A DNA stretch of 64,000 nt, taken from the NCBI GenBank assembly GCA_965112735.1, contig OZ218954.1, positions 3,472,001 through 3,536,000 of the forward strand, read 5' to 3'. This DNA comes from Phaeosaccion multiseriatum (Eukaryota > Protista > Ochrophyta, other classes). The notes beneath the pieces are model-generated. The model did no database searches. It saw only the letters and a program-made list of their open reading frames with translations, and was not told the origin of the DNA. A program made the position numbers and the translations under genes. Shown here one piece after another: positions 37,954 to 51,789 of this stretch. The first letter of the stretch is position 1; each line of letters starts with the position of its first letter.

Positions 37954-40410
37954 CGGAGAGAGTGAGTATGTGTGTGTATGAGAGAGAGAACAGAGGAGAG
38001 AGAGAAAGAGAGAGGGAGAGAGAGAGTGTGGAGAGGGGGGTGGGGTGTGGGAGAGAAAGAACAGAAAAAGGTGTGTGTGTGTGTGTTCGTGTGTAAGTGT
38101 ACTCCGGCGTGACACGATGAAACGGTGTCCTCCGAAGCAGACAAACTGATCCCTCCCACCACACGAAGCAATAAGAGCGTTCGATTCCCACCCTCACCTG
38201 GACCTGCTTTAGGAGGAGGTGACCCGGGGGGTGCTCCTGGAGGTGCCCCTTTTGGGGATGCTGATCCCGGGGGGGCTCCTGGTGGGGGTCCTTTAGGGGG
38301 AGGTGACCCAGGGGGTCCTCCCCGGGGGGGAGGCGATCCCGGGGGGGCTCCTGGTGCACCGTTCTTCCCCGGCGGGCCTTTGGGGGAGCCTGGAGGGGGG
38401 CTCTTTGGGGGCGCTTTCCCGAGGGGTACGCCTGAGATCACCGGAGTGAAATTTCAGGACAAGGAGGGGAGGGGAGGACGAGGAGAGAGAGGAGGAGAGG
38501 GCGGGGGCGGTTAGACGTGTGCGTGAGAGAGTGCGAAGAACAAGTCATTGATTCGATACCCAAACAACGAACTGAAACGGAAACTGTCCGTAGAATTACA
38601 TGACCTACCCTTTGGTGACACAGGCGGTGCAGCGGGTTTGGGACTCGGCCCTGGGGGGGTGCTTGGAGCGGTGGCCTTGGAGGGAGGGGCGCCCCCCGGG
38701 GGAGAGGGCCCTCCTCCTGGCTTGCCTCCTCCCCCCGGGGTCTTTTTCTCCGCGGTGGCGATGGGAGGAGGGGGGGAGGGCTTCGGCGGAGGGGCCTTTG
38801 GGCTGGATGGGGAGGCTGTGGGGGGGAGGGAGGGAGGGAAGGAAGGAGGGAGGGAGGGAGGGAGGGAGGGAGGGAGGGAGGGAGGGAGGGAGGGAGGGAG
38901 GGAGGGAGGGACGGAGGGACGGAGGGAGGGAGGGAGGGAGGGAGGGAGGGAGGGAGGGAGGGAGGGAGGGAGGGAGGGAGGGAGGGAGGGAGGGAGGGAG
39001 GGAGGGAGGGAGGGAGGGAGGGAGGGAGGGAGGGAGGGAGGGAGGGAGGGAGGGAGGGAGGGAGGGAGGGAGGGAGGGAGGGAGGGAAGGAGGGAGGGAG
39101 GGACGGAGGAAGGGAGGGAGGGAGGGAGGGAGGGAGGGAGAGAAAGGGAAGTGATGAGACAGGAGGGTCAAGCAAGCCTCTGACTCCGTGTCGAAAGGGA
39201 CACAGATAGTGGCAGGAAGGGACTTTGTGCTGCCGGGGGAAGAACGAGCCAGTGCCAGAGCTCTTGAAGCTGCTGGGCATTTGGATTTTGTCATCCGCCA
39301 CTTGTGTGTCTCCCCTCTCCCTCTTCCACTCTTCCACCCTCTCTCCATGTACTCTCCTTCTGCTTCTCTCCGTCTCTACCGCGGCACTACACTCCGTCTT
39401 CCCCCCCCTCTCTCGTTCTTTCTTCAGCACCCTTTTTCCCGCCCTCCCTCTCCCCCTCTCCTTCTGCCCCTCCCTCTCGCACTTCTTTTCATTGTCTCCT
39501 TTCTCCATCTCTCTCTCCCCCTCGCCTTCCCTTCCCCTCTCCCCTCTCGCTCTCCCCCTCGCTCTCGCTCTCCCTCCTCCTCTCTCTCTTTTGAGAGAGG
39601 CAGAGCAATACACTTACATGGGGGTGGGCTGGCTGGCTTGTTCGGTGGGGGGCCTCGGGGAGGAGCCGCTTTCTGTAACCGTCAATACACGGGGTTAGGA
39701 AGCACAAAGACAAACCAAGAGAGTTAAGAGAGAGAGAGAGAGAAGAGGGAGGAGGAGGAGGAGGAGGAGGAGGAGGAGGAGGAGGAGGAGGAGGAGGAGG
39801 AGGAGGAGGAGGAGGAGGAGGAGGAGGAGGAGGAGGAGGAGGAGGAGGAGGAGGAGGAGGAGGAGGAGGAGGAGGAGGAGGAGGAGGAGGAGGAGGAGGA
39901 GGAGGAGGAGGAGGAGGAGGAGGAGGAGGAGGAGGAGGAGGAGGAGGAGGAGGAGGAGGAGGAGGAGGAGGAGGAGGAGGAGGAGGAGGAGGAGGAGGAG
40001 GAGGAGGAGGAGGAGGAGGAGGAGGAGGAGGAGGAGGAGGAGGAGGAGGAGGAGGAGGAGGAGGAGGAGGAGGAGGAGGAGGAGGAGGAGGAGGAGGAGG
40101 AGGAGGAGGAGGAGGAGGAGGAGGAGGAGGAGGAGGAGGAGGAGGAGGAGGAGAAGGAGGAGGAGGAGGAGGAGGAGGAGTGTGTCTCCGATTTGAGGAT
40201 CAGCGGGGGATTAATGTGCAGATACTCCACCCGTGCTGCTGGCTTTGCTTCCGTCCCACCGATCTTTCAGCTCACCTTTGGTGGTGGCCCCTTTGCCGGG
40301 GGTGGGCCTGGCGGTCTCTTCCCCGGTTGCGCATTTGCTCTATTGGGGCTGCCTGGGGGGCTGGCCGGCGTCTGCTTGGGCGGGGGGCCCTTCGGACTGC
40401 TGGGGATCAT
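31325..40410 (-). CDS. Proline-rich N-terminus + three C2 domains + calmodulin-like EF pair + calcineurin-B-like EF-hand module
   Basis: Several exons of GPPP/SPPPK repeats. C2 motifs [25 protein letters not shown] and [13 protein letters not shown]...QDPYVQL...[11 protein letters not shown] loops [36 protein letters not shown] and [12 protein letters not shown]. Stop at 31325. Confidence 0.85.
32590..32990. repeat. ~40-bp purine-rich minisatellite, intronic
   Basis: Unit TGAGGGAACGATAGGAGGGAGGGGGAGGAGAGGGAGTGAG, about 9-10 copies. Confidence 0.85.
39749..40179. repeat. Nearly pure (GGA)n trinucleotide tract, ~430 bp, intronic
   Basis: Directly visible, with one interruption near 40153. Confidence 0.97.
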
Positions 40411-41204
40411 GCTTGAGCCCCTCTCCTCTCTCGCTCTCTGTACGTATCGACCGGGCCGATCCCACCGGCAGTCAGTCCGTCAGCCAGCGGACCATTGCAG
40501 ACTCCCCTTCTCCGTCCCTCCCTAGGTCGTTTCCTCCGCCTCCTGTGTCTGATGCGGCCGCTTTGGAGACCCACGCCAGGCACTGACTGCCTGCCTTGTT
40601 GTCTCTCTCCCTCTCTTTCTGGGAGAGGGAGAAGGGCGAGAGCACGAAGAGGATCCCTCCTCCTGCCTTTACTATGTGCGCTGCTCCAGCTCACTACATC
40701 GGCCTTCAGCCTCACAGTTGTACGCTGGACGGGGGGGGGGATAGAGAGGGGTTTAAAGCAAAAGTGGGGATGGGGGAGGGGAGGACTGAAGTTAGAGAGC
40801 TTGCTGGGACAGAGCATCAGCACCATTGACTAGACAACCGCCAGAAACAATAGCAGCCACTGTCAAGAAAAGAAGAATCGCAGCACTAACCGCTCTCGTC
40901 GTTTCGATCCTTTCTTCCCTTTTTTTTTGGCAACCAAATTCCATCTTTCCAGTTACACATTTGGATGGCAGTGGACGGGCGCACGAAAAATCGATCGAGT
41001 CGAATTTAACACACTTTTTAGAACGGGGGGGGCGGGGGGATCGAAGAGCCGAACCATAGAGAGGACGCTGCTTCTCAATAGCGCTGGACCACGGATCAAC
41101 ATCAACACACGTGCTTCGTTTCGGGGTGCGGCAAGGCGAGGGTAGAAGGAGCTGCCTGCGTCGATCACTGAGTGCTCGGGGTGCCTCCGCCACAGCCGCG
41201 CTCC

Positions 41205-44184
41205 ATGGAGGGGTGCGAGGCTCAGGCGGGTGGCAGGGGGTGGTGCGCTGGGCACGATAGTGTGATCAGTACGGCTTCTCCAACACCCGCCGCCGTGGCC
41301 GCTGCTGCTGCTGCCCGTGCGCCCTCTTTTGCTGCCACTTCGGCACCCAACGCCCCAGCGGCAACTTGCAGTCCGCCTACTGCTGCTCCTGCTGCTGCTG
41401 CTCCTGCTGCTGCTGCTCCAGCTGCTGCTGGTGGTGGGAGGGGGGTCGTGTCTACTGCTGCAGCCCCCTCGCCACCAGTTGGCCTACCCTACGCTGCAGC
41501 GGCGGCGGCGGCAGCAGCGGCCACCAATGGCGGACCCCCCACGGGGGGCACAAGCCAGCCACTCCACGACGGCGCGACGCATGGTGGAGAATCAGCAGGA
41601 GGGCAAGGAGCGCTAGCAGTAGGGCCAGAAGAAGCGGCAGCAGCAGCCGCAGCAGCCGCAGCAGCAGCCGAAGCAGCAGCAGCTGCAGCGCCACCCAAAA
41701 AGTGTAAGAGGAAAGGGTGCAAAGAAGACGCAGTCAAAATGGGCCTCTGTCAGAGCCACCACGCTGTGGTGAGGCGCTGCACCAAGGAAGGATGCACCAA
41801 GTACGCCCGGCCGGGAGGGCTCTGCATCGGCCACGGAGCAGTACTGAAGCGGTGCTCCATACCGGAGTGCGAGAAGCCCGTGCGGCGTGCCGGACTCTGT
41901 GTGGAGCACGGCAAGGTGTGTGTGTGTGGGTGTGTGTGCGTGTGTGCGTGCGTGTGCGCGTGTGCGCGTGTGTGTATTTGAGTGTGTGGAAAGCAAAGAA
42001 TGACGCTCTTTTTATGGTGTTGTTTCCGTCAGTAGGCTCGATTCTGCACCTATCCACTGAATGGTGCCCTTCACGCACCCGCCTATGTTATGTTATGTTA
42101 TGTTATGTTATGTAGCCCCCATTTGTCACGAAGCTCTCTGTGATCGCACCGCTTGTTCTAGTGTTTTTACTCTCCATCGTACCCCATGCTCTTCTCCCCC
42201 ATACGCCTCGAAGCACTCCCCTCCCTCACTGACTTACTTGTGCCCAACTTCCCCCAACAACCCATGCAACAGGTGATCATACCGAGGCGCAAGTGCACCA
42301 TCGAGGGGTGTGACAAGTTCGCCAAGCAAGCAGGCACGTGCATCGCACACGGCGCCGCAGTCACGTGGAAGTCCTGCTCCGTGGAGGGCTGCGAGAAGCA
42401 GCGCAAGCAGGCGGGCAAGTGTAAAGGCCACGGGGCGAAGGTGGCGGTGCGGCGCTGCGACGAGGCGGGGTGTGAGAAGTATGCGCAGAGAGCGGGACTG
42501 TGCATCGGGCATGGGGCTAAGGTATGTATGGATGGATGGATGGAGGGGTGGATGTACTGTGTGTGTGTTTGTGTGCGGGTAAGGTGGGGAGGGGATGGGG
42601 TAGGTGGGCTAGTGAGGGAGGGGAGGGGTGGGGATGGAGAGGATAGGGTCAGGTATGGTAGAGAAGGGCAAGCTCCAGTAGGGTAGGGTGTGGTAGGTGG
42701 GCATGCGGCTGTGCACCGTGCATAGCAAAGTAGCCCTTATGCATGGTTACGTAAGGGTATGGTAAGGGGTTCGTCTTCGCCTTCACTGGCTCACTGTCCG
42801 TCTCCTCCTCCTCCTCCTCCTCCTCCTCCTCCTTCTGCTCTTGCCTCCTCCTGCTGTTCCTCCTCCTCCTCCCCCTCCTCCTCCTCCTGCTGCTGCTGCT
42901 TCTGCTGCTGCTCCTCCTCCTGCCCCTCCTCCTCAGGTGGGGGCGTCCCGGTGCAAGGCGGAGGGGTGCCAGAAGCACGCACAGCGGAAGGGAGTCTGTG
43001 TTACGCACGGGGCGGTGGTGCGCAAATGCAGCGTTCAAGGCTGCCAGACCAGGGTGCCGGGCGGTCAGGGCGGTATTTGCGAAGCTCATGCGGCAGGAGG
43101 CCCTACCGCTGGGGTGGGTGGGGGAGCGGGGAGTGGGGCGGGAGGGGGTGTGGCCAACATGGCCCCTCCTCCACTACCTCCTCTACCACCACCGCCAAAT
43201 GTTGGCCCTCCTCCTTCTGTGGCTGGCTCTGCTGCTGCTGCTGCTACTGCTGCTGCTGCTGCTGCTGTATCACCAACTGGCTCTGTTGGTGGTGCTGTTG
43301 TACCTGCTGTGGCGGCGGCGGCGGCGGCGGCGGCTGCTATGAACTTTGCGGACGCGACGGGAATGCACCATCATGCCCAGCAGCAGCACCACCACCACCA
43401 CGCACTGGTGTCTGGACAGGGGTTGGTGTCAGGACAGGGAGTGACTGGACAGGGGGCGGTATCAGGACAGGGAGTGACTGGACAGGGGGCGGTATCAGGA
43501 CAGGGGATGTCAGGACAGGGGCAGCCAGAGCACGGGCACACGCACGGGGGTGGGGGCGAAGCAGCGGCAGCGACAGCAGCTGCTGCTGATACGGCAGCGG
43601 CAATTGCAGCAGCGACAGTGGCCGCAGCGGCAGCAGCAGCACAAGCAGCAGCACAAGCAGCAGTTGGTGATACAGCAGTGGCGCACCACACACCGCCACC
43701 GCCGCCGACGATCATTGCTACGGCACAGCAATTGCCCCTTGGGGCGATTTCAGCGGGAGGAGAAGGAGGAGGAGGAGGAGGAGGAGGAGGAGAAGACGAG
43801 GGGGAAGGCACACATGAAGCCGCGAGGAAGGGGAGAAAGAGGATGCGCCTTTCGCCGTCATTAGGCGAGGCAGGGACAGAGGGGGACGGAGGGGAGGTGG
43901 AGATGGAAGTGGGTTTCGGAGAGACAGATGGATCCCAATCAGCCTCACTGTTAGCTCCAGCTCCAGGGGGGGGGGTTGCCGTACAGGTCGGAGGGGCGGC
44001 TCCCAACGGTGTAGAGGGAGCCCCGAGCGACGCTGCTACTGCGACTGTTGCATCACTAACTGCTGGTGCTACTGCTGCGGCTGTGTCGCAATCTGTTACT
44101 GCTGTATCACCAAGTGCTGCTACTGCGGCGGCCAGTGCTGCGGGTCTGCCACGCCAATTGGCATACAGGGAGGCAAGGGTCTAG
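41205..44184 (+). CDS. WRKY19-like zinc-finger repeat protein (Cx4Cx7-8GxCx2HG repeats) with Ala/Gly/Pro-rich flanks
   Basis: Exons ~41205-41915, 42273-42521 and 42937-44184 encode about 8 repeats such as CTKEGCTKYARPGGLCIGHGA and CDEAGCEKYAQRAGLCIGHGA. Basic NLS-like ARKGRKRMRL. No WRKYGQK core was seen. Confidence 0.85.
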
Positions 44185-44994
44185 ATGAGGGGGGATGGCA
44201 GGGGAGGGAGGGAGGGAGGGGTCAGAACTGGAGGATGGCAGTGGATGGCAGTGGAGGGCACGGGCTTGGAGGAGATGGCAGTGGAGGGGTCGGGGGGAGA
44301 GGGGATGGCAGTGGAGTCGTCAAGGTTGGGCCACACTTGTCGGTGGGTAAAGGGAGGATTACGCCCCGAAGTCACCGCTGGCGACTGTCTGGACAAGGAC
44401 TGACTGGGGGGGGTTGGAGGATAGTGAGTAAGCGGTCCCTCTCTCCTCGGATGGCAATGGATGGGGGAGGATGGGCAAGGCCAATTCGCGCGGTGTATTG
44501 CATCGTAGGCAAGGGTAGGGAGGTATACAGTAAGTCAGTGAGGGGGGGTGGGTAGGTAGGTATATGCCAAGCGTCAAAGTGTCAGCTCTCTCTCTCTGCG
44601 CGCGAGGAAGAGGAAACATACGTGTGTCAGCACCTGCGGAGGAGAGGAGGAAGCGAGGGAGCAAAAACACACACACACACACAAATGTATGTATCTGTAC
44701 AAAGAATTCGTTTGTCTCTTGTCGCGTCTGTGTGTTGTTTTTCTTTCTGTGTGTAAGTATAAAACGAAAGAAAGCCATCTTTATCCCAGGCAACAAAGAA
44801 AAGCAGTCAACTTTGCCTTCCATAATCTCATCCGTCGACCGATCGATACATACACATCAGGAGAGAGCACTGAAACGTTCGAACCGCAAGCTCCCCATAC
44901 CGTGTACAGTTGTACATCACTACGACCTCTCCCCTTCTTAAATCCTTTTTTCTCTAAGACTGACACTATCTACTCTCGACCCTGTCTATCCATC

Positions 44995-45289
44995 CTAGGC
45001 AATGATGCAACATCCTCCTCCTCCTGCTGCTGCACCCCCCCCCGCTCCCCCCCCTCCTCCCTCCCCTCCTGCTCCTCCTCCCCCAGCTCCCACCACTCCT
45101 CCTCCTCCTCCTCCTCCACCACCACCACCACCACCACCTAATCCTCCTAATTGCAACCCGATGAACTTCCCTCGCCCCCCCCCCTTGGAGCTGGGTGAAG
45201 CCTGCTCCAAGAGCAGCTGGTTGATGCGAACAGAGTTGTCCCGGCCGGCATGACTGCGCAAAGGAGGAGGGGGAGGAAGAGGTGGTGGG

Positions 45290-45358
<69 letters not shown>

Positions 45359-45701
45359 ACAGCAGAGGACGAGAGCGGGGGTCAGTCACGGAAACGCATG
45401 GAGCAGCACCCTCCCAAGGGCAAGCAACCCTTGCCAAGAGCAACACACCCCTCCCCCAGCGCACCACACCCCTCACCAAGGGGAACAACAACCCCCCCCC
45501 CCCCACCCACCTGCTCCAGTCCAGCCCTTTGGCGCTGCATCCCTCCTTTCGATGCTCCATGAGCCAAGTGACACACTCCAAGTGGCCCATGGCCGCTGCC
45601 CAGTCCACCGCGTCGGTAGAGCACCCCTCCTTGCGGTTGGCGTGCAGCCACTGATTGAGTGAGTGAGACCATCGCATCATGGAGAGAGAGAGAGAGAGAG
45701 G

Positions 45702-45737
<36 letters not shown>

Positions 45738-45739
45738 GG

Positions 45740-45773
<34 letters not shown>

Positions 45774-45775
45774 GG

Positions 45776-45821
<46 letters not shown>

Positions 45822-47456
45822 GGGGGCGGCAGAGTTATGCGTGGGTGCGTGTGTGGGTAAGTAAGTGTTGGGGGGGCGGGACGGCGGGAGGTGGAGCCAC
45901 AAAGAGTCCAAACCGAACTAAAACTGCGGAGATACAGTCAGTCAGTCAGTCAGTCAGTCAGTGGCAGAGCATGACATATACAACACCCCCGTCTCAGTTT
46001 CTCCCCTCTCCCCCTCCTTCCTCTCGCTCTCTCTATCGCTCTCTCCCTTTCTCCCCCTTCCTCTGTCCCTCTTTCCCTCTCTCCCCCTCTTCCGCTCTCC
46101 ATCCCTAATCTCTCCGTCTCCCTCTCTCACCCCCTCTCTCTCTCCCTCTCCCTTACTCTCCCTCTTTCACTCTCTCTCCCTCTCTCTCCTCCTCTTCTCT
46201 CCCTATTTCGCTCTCTCTCTCTCTCCCCAGTCTTACCTTAAGTATCTCTAAATGCCCACCTTTCGCGGCGTTGTCCATTCCTTTCTCTGCAGGGCCCAGC
46301 CAGGCCAGCATGAGCAAGAGAAAGAGAAAGCGAAAGCCCCAGCGGAGAGAAGGCAACAAAGGGTACCCAGCAGAAGGCCGTAGAAGGCAGCAGAAGGCAG
46401 CAGAAGAAGACGTGTCAGCTGTCATGAAGGGAAGGTGTGCGCTCTTTCCTCTACTACGACGAATACTTCTGCAACTCTACTACTGCTACTAGCACACCAT
46501 CTCCTTCTCCTTCTCCTCCCCCTCCTCCTCCTCCTCCCTCCTCCTCCTCCCCCTCCTCCTCCTCCTCCCACCACCCACCTGTGCATCCCTCCTTTCTATT
46601 TGCGCTCAGCCACTGAATCACATCCAAGTGCCCGTTGAGAGCAGCCGTGTTCATCGCTCTAACAGAGCACCCTTCCTTCCTATTCTCGCTCAACCACTTC
46701 ACCACCTCCAGGTGACCAGCCCCTGCAGCCAGGTTCATTGCCTCCTGTGTGCAGCCTTGGGGAGGGTAGGGTAGGACAGGGTAGGGTAGGGTAGGGTAGG
46801 GTAGGGTTTTCAGGAGGATAAGCATTGGGGAGGAGAGGAGAGGAGGAGGAGGAGGAGGAGGAGGAGGAGGAGGGAGGAGGAGGAGGAGGAGGAGGAGGAG
46901 GAGGAGGAGGAGGAGGAGGAGGACAATGAGGGTGGAGGAGGAGGGAGGAGGAGGAGGAGGAGAGTTAAGGGTAAGATGTGGGGTATGGTGGGGCGGGGTG
47001 GAGTAGGGGTGGAGTAGGGCATAAGAGGTACGATAGTGTAGGGTACAGTGGGGCGAGGTGGGGTCCCTCCGCATGATGGAGGTGACTCACTCACTCACTC
47101 ACACACACACTCACACACTCACTCACTCACTCACCTTCTGTCCTATTCTCGTGGAGCCATTTTACGACGTCAAGAGCCCCGACTTTGGCCGCCCAGCTCA
47201 TGGCCCGGATGGTTACCGTGCCGGCCTGATCGGTGTCGTGCAGGTAACGAACCACCTCCAGGTTGCTGTAGGAACGGGGGTAGGGGGGTGAAGAGGAACC
47301 AAGGATGAGTGAAGAGACATGAAAGGGCACTTGGAGGTGCGAGGGATGGGGGGGTGAAGAGAGACCTACCTTTGCAAGTATCCACGCACGCACACTCACA
47401 CACACACACACACTCACACACATACACACACACACTCACACACACACTCACACACA

Positions 47457-47499
<43 letters not shown>

Positions 47500-47510
47500 A
47501 CACACACTCA

Positions 47511-47593
<83 letters not shown>

Positions 47594-47678
47594 ACACACT
47601 CACACACACACTCACACACACTCACACACACACACACTCACACACACACACACACTCACACACATACACACACACTCA

Positions 47679-47741
<63 letters not shown>

Positions 47742-47746
47742 ACACA

Positions 47747-47801
<55 letters not shown>

Positions 47802-47858
47802 ACATACACACACACTCACACACATACACACACACACTCACACACACACTCACACACA

Positions 47859-47899
<41 letters not shown>

Positions 47900-47916
47900 A
47901 CATACACACACACTCA

Positions 47917-47997
<81 letters not shown>

Positions 47998-49737
47998 CCC
48001 TCTGCAGCAGCGTGGTCGAGAAGGTTTCTGTTAGGCGGGCAGCGCTCCCTCCGATTGTCGTGCATCCATCGCAGTACGTCCATATGCCCATGCCGAGCCG
48101 CCCACACAATTGCGTTGGCGGTGCAGCCCATGTCGGTGTTCCCGTGCAGCCACTTCAGCGTCTGTGGGAAGGGGAGGGAGAGCAGGCATGGCAGTGGACG
48201 GGTGGAGAGAGAGGAAGGGTAAGGGCGTGTCAGGAAGTTGTGTTAGTGAGCGCTCAGTGTTCTCCCTCCTCATCCAAATGGAAGGGGAAGGAAGGGACTT
48301 CTCGGAGAGAGCATGTGCAGAGGAATCACTCACTCACTCACTCACTCTCACTCACTCACTCTCACTCCATCACTCACTCACTCACTCACTCACTCAGTCA
48401 TCCACTCAATCGCCCACGTCCTCACTCACTCACTCACTCACTCAATCCCCCACGTCACTCATTCACTTCCCCCCTCACCAACAAACGACACCGGCAACGG
48501 AGAGTCCCCACTCCCTCACTCCATCCTTCACTCACTCACTCACTTACTCACTCACTCCATCCTTCACTCACTCACTCACTCACTCCCTCACCCCATCCTT
48601 CACTCACTCACTCACTCACCTCGAGATGTCCGTTTCCGGCGGCTTGATCCATAGCATCTGCACACGCCAAACGTCACGACAGTAAGTCAGGGAAGGGGCC
48701 CCAACCATGCGTACACTTATCTCTGTGCATGTATCTCTCCTCTCTCTCAGCGCGCTCCCTCCCTCCCTCCGTCCCTCCCTCCCTCCCTCCCTCCCTCCCT
48801 CCCTCCCTCCCTCCCTCCCTCCCTCCCTCTCTCCCTCCCTCCCTCCTCCGCTCCCTCACTCCCACCCTCACTCCCTCCCTCCCTCCTCACCTTCCGAGCA
48901 TCCCTCTAGTCGATGCTCACTGAGCCACTGCACCATAGAGAGGTTTCCCGTGCCTGCGGCCCAATCAATGGCCTTTGTGGTGCATCCTTCTTGCCTGTTT
49001 GAGTTTCGGTTCAACCGTCGCCGTTTGCAAGTTCAGTGTCAGGTTATACCTCGAACATCAGTATCGAAGAAATCGATTATCAATATCGAACATATCGATA
49101 TCATGTGTCGAACATGTCGATACGGACGTCGATACGGAGGTTGACGGAGGTGCCATCCATCACGGACTGACTGACTGACACTGACTGACTGACTGACTGA
49201 CTGACTGACTGACTGACTGACTGATTGACTGACTGACTGACTGACTGACTGACTGACTGACTGACTGACTGACTGACTGACTGACCTGTTCTCATGAAGC
49301 CACTCCACCACCTCCATGTGGCCGTTCTTGGCCGCCTCGTTGAGAGCGAACTTTGTACATCCTTCGTCCCTATGTATCGCACGCATTGACATGGCATTGT
49401 GTGTGTGTGTGTGTAAGTGTGTGCGTGTGCGTGTGTGTGAGAGAGACAGACAGAGAGAGAGTGAGAGAGAGAGAAGGGCGTGCCCGTGTGTGCCCATCTG
49501 TATGTTAGACGCTGTGCACCGATAGACACACAGATAGCACACCTATGTTCGTGGAGATACTTGACAATGTCGAGGTGACCGTTGGCAGCGGCTCCGTCCA
49601 TGGCACTTGGTGTACACTCCGCCTGCAATGGGCACGGATGCGGGAAATGGATGGATGGGTTGATGGAAGGGGATGGATAATAGATAGAAGGGGGTGAAAT
49701 TGATAGATGAAAGATGAAGAGGGTAAGGGAGATGTGC

Positions 49738-49772
<35 letters not shown>

Positions 49773-50369
49773 GGAAAGGAGAAAGAAAAGCGATCAAATG
49801 GGGAGATGACGAAAAGAGTAAAAAGAGAGCATGTACACTTCCCTCTTGCTCTCGAACCCGCGACTGCTCTCTCTCTCTCCACACACCTCTGGACTACTGT
49901 TAAGCCACCGGACGACTTCCAGATACCCCTCGCGAGCCGCCAAGTTGATGGCCAAGTGGGTGAAGCTGAGGGGGGGGAGGGGAGCAGTGGATGGCAGTGG
50001 ATGGCAGTGGATGGTAGTGCAGCAAGGACGGAGGGAGGGGGGGAGAGGGAGAGAAAGATGGGGAGGGAGGAGATGGAGAGAGAGAGGGGTGCATGGAGGC
50101 GCACACACATACATACAGAGAGAGACAGAGAGAGAGGGTGAGAGAGAGAGTGAGTGAGAGAGAGAGAAAGAGAGAAAAAGAGAGAAGAGAGAGAGAGAAA
50201 GAGAGAAGGATAGAGAGACGGAAGTGCTTAGGGTATGCTTATGCCTTGCGTTTGAGTCGAAACATCGAAGAGGACGCACCCACACACACAACATAGAGAG
50301 ATGAATTCTCTTGCTCCCGCCCCTCCTCCTCCTTCTTCTTCTTGCTCCCTCCTCTTCCTCTCCCTCTCC

Positions 50370-50400
<31 letters not shown>

Positions 50401-50622
50401 ACCTCAACCCTCTCCCCCCTCCACCTTTGGCGTACCTTAGAGGGTCTCCCATTTCCTCCTTGAGCAGCATGAGCTCTAAATGCCCTGCCGACGCCGCATC
50501 GTCTCCGTTCCAGTACCCGACGCAATTGACCCCCTTCTGATACGATATGATCGATTCCCACATGCCTTTGGGTAGCGGGTCCATGCCCAACTCTGCCGCC
50601 GCCGCTGCTCTTGCCGCTGCAT

Positions 50623-50653
<31 letters not shown>

Positions 50654-51062
50654 TTCTCCTCCCTCTCCTCCTCCTTCGCCGCCCCTCCCCTCTCTTGGAT
50701 GGTCGTCCGCTTCAGAGGCCAGAACAACGTGCTCTAGAATGAGGCGTATCCTTCTCTCTTGTGGTGTCTCTGGCCGCGAAGGCTGCTTCTTGGGTGCCCC
50801 ATACCAAAACCCGGCACCGGATTCTAGCTCCTCCTCCGCCAGCCTTTCTGCCTCCTCCATTTCCATTTGCGCGCGATCCTCTCCCCCCCCCCCCAATCCC
50901 TCTTTTGCCCCTTCGTTTGATCTCCCCCCCCCCCCCCCCTCCTTCTCTTGGAGCGATTGCTGTGGGTTCGCGGTTCCTTCAGTAATATCAGGACTGCGAG
51001 CCAACGCTTGCGCTTGACCATTCATACCTCCTCCTTCCTCCCCCCGCTCCTGCTGCCGCCCC

Positions 51063-51094
<32 letters not shown>

Positions 51095-51223
51095 CGGGCC
51101 ACCTTTGCTACTACTGCGCCCCTCTCTAGCGCCGTTTATCCACTCAGATGGTCTCTCGAGCACGGGCCCAGTCGTAGAGCCGACAGAAGAGATTGACACT
51201 GTGGGAGAAGCTGACAACATCAT
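44995..51223 (-). CDS. Ankyrin-repeat protein ([28 protein letters not shown] type), ~12 exons, C-terminal CaaX
   Basis: About 10-11 repeats, e.g. [53 protein letters not shown] and [29 protein letters not shown] phase-2 join to the last exon gives ...GGGGCCIIA*. Confidence 0.85.
47390..47995. repeat. (CA)n microsatellite, ~600 bp, intronic
   Basis: Directly visible. Confidence 0.97.
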
Positions 51224-51789
51224 GGGATAGGGAAGGAGGCTGGGGGGAGGAGAAGAAGGAGAAGACGAAGTGCTGAAGACGAAGTGCTGCTGATCCTGCT
51301 GCCCTCCGCCAACGCTGTCATCGATCCAATCGAGACCTCACACCTCGCTCTCTCTCCTCCTTCCTTCTTCTAACTCTTTTGCTACTACCCTGTCCTTGCA
51401 CTCTGTGCTTTAGCTTGTGGTGCTTATCTGTCCTTTTCCTCTACTAATCCTCTTTCCTCCCCCGCTTTGATCAATTAATTCTTGCGCATCCCTCGGATCC
51501 TTGCGGATCGCCGCCAATGCTGCTTCCGCCCTTGATCCCCTCCCACGTCGGGAGCTTCACTGCTGCTGCCTACGATGGGCACCCCTGCTGCTGCCGACGC
51601 CCTCTATTATACTCCACGTAGGAGGGCTCCCTGCGCACTTATACGGCACGGAATGTGGAATGTGTGGGAAAAATATAGCTGAAATATGGGAAACAGCTGG
51701 CTCCAAACGTGCGTGCGTCGCCCGTTTTTCTATTTTTTCATTTTGTGAGAAATTTCCTCCTTCTTCATCCTTTTTGGGAAGAGAGTTTT

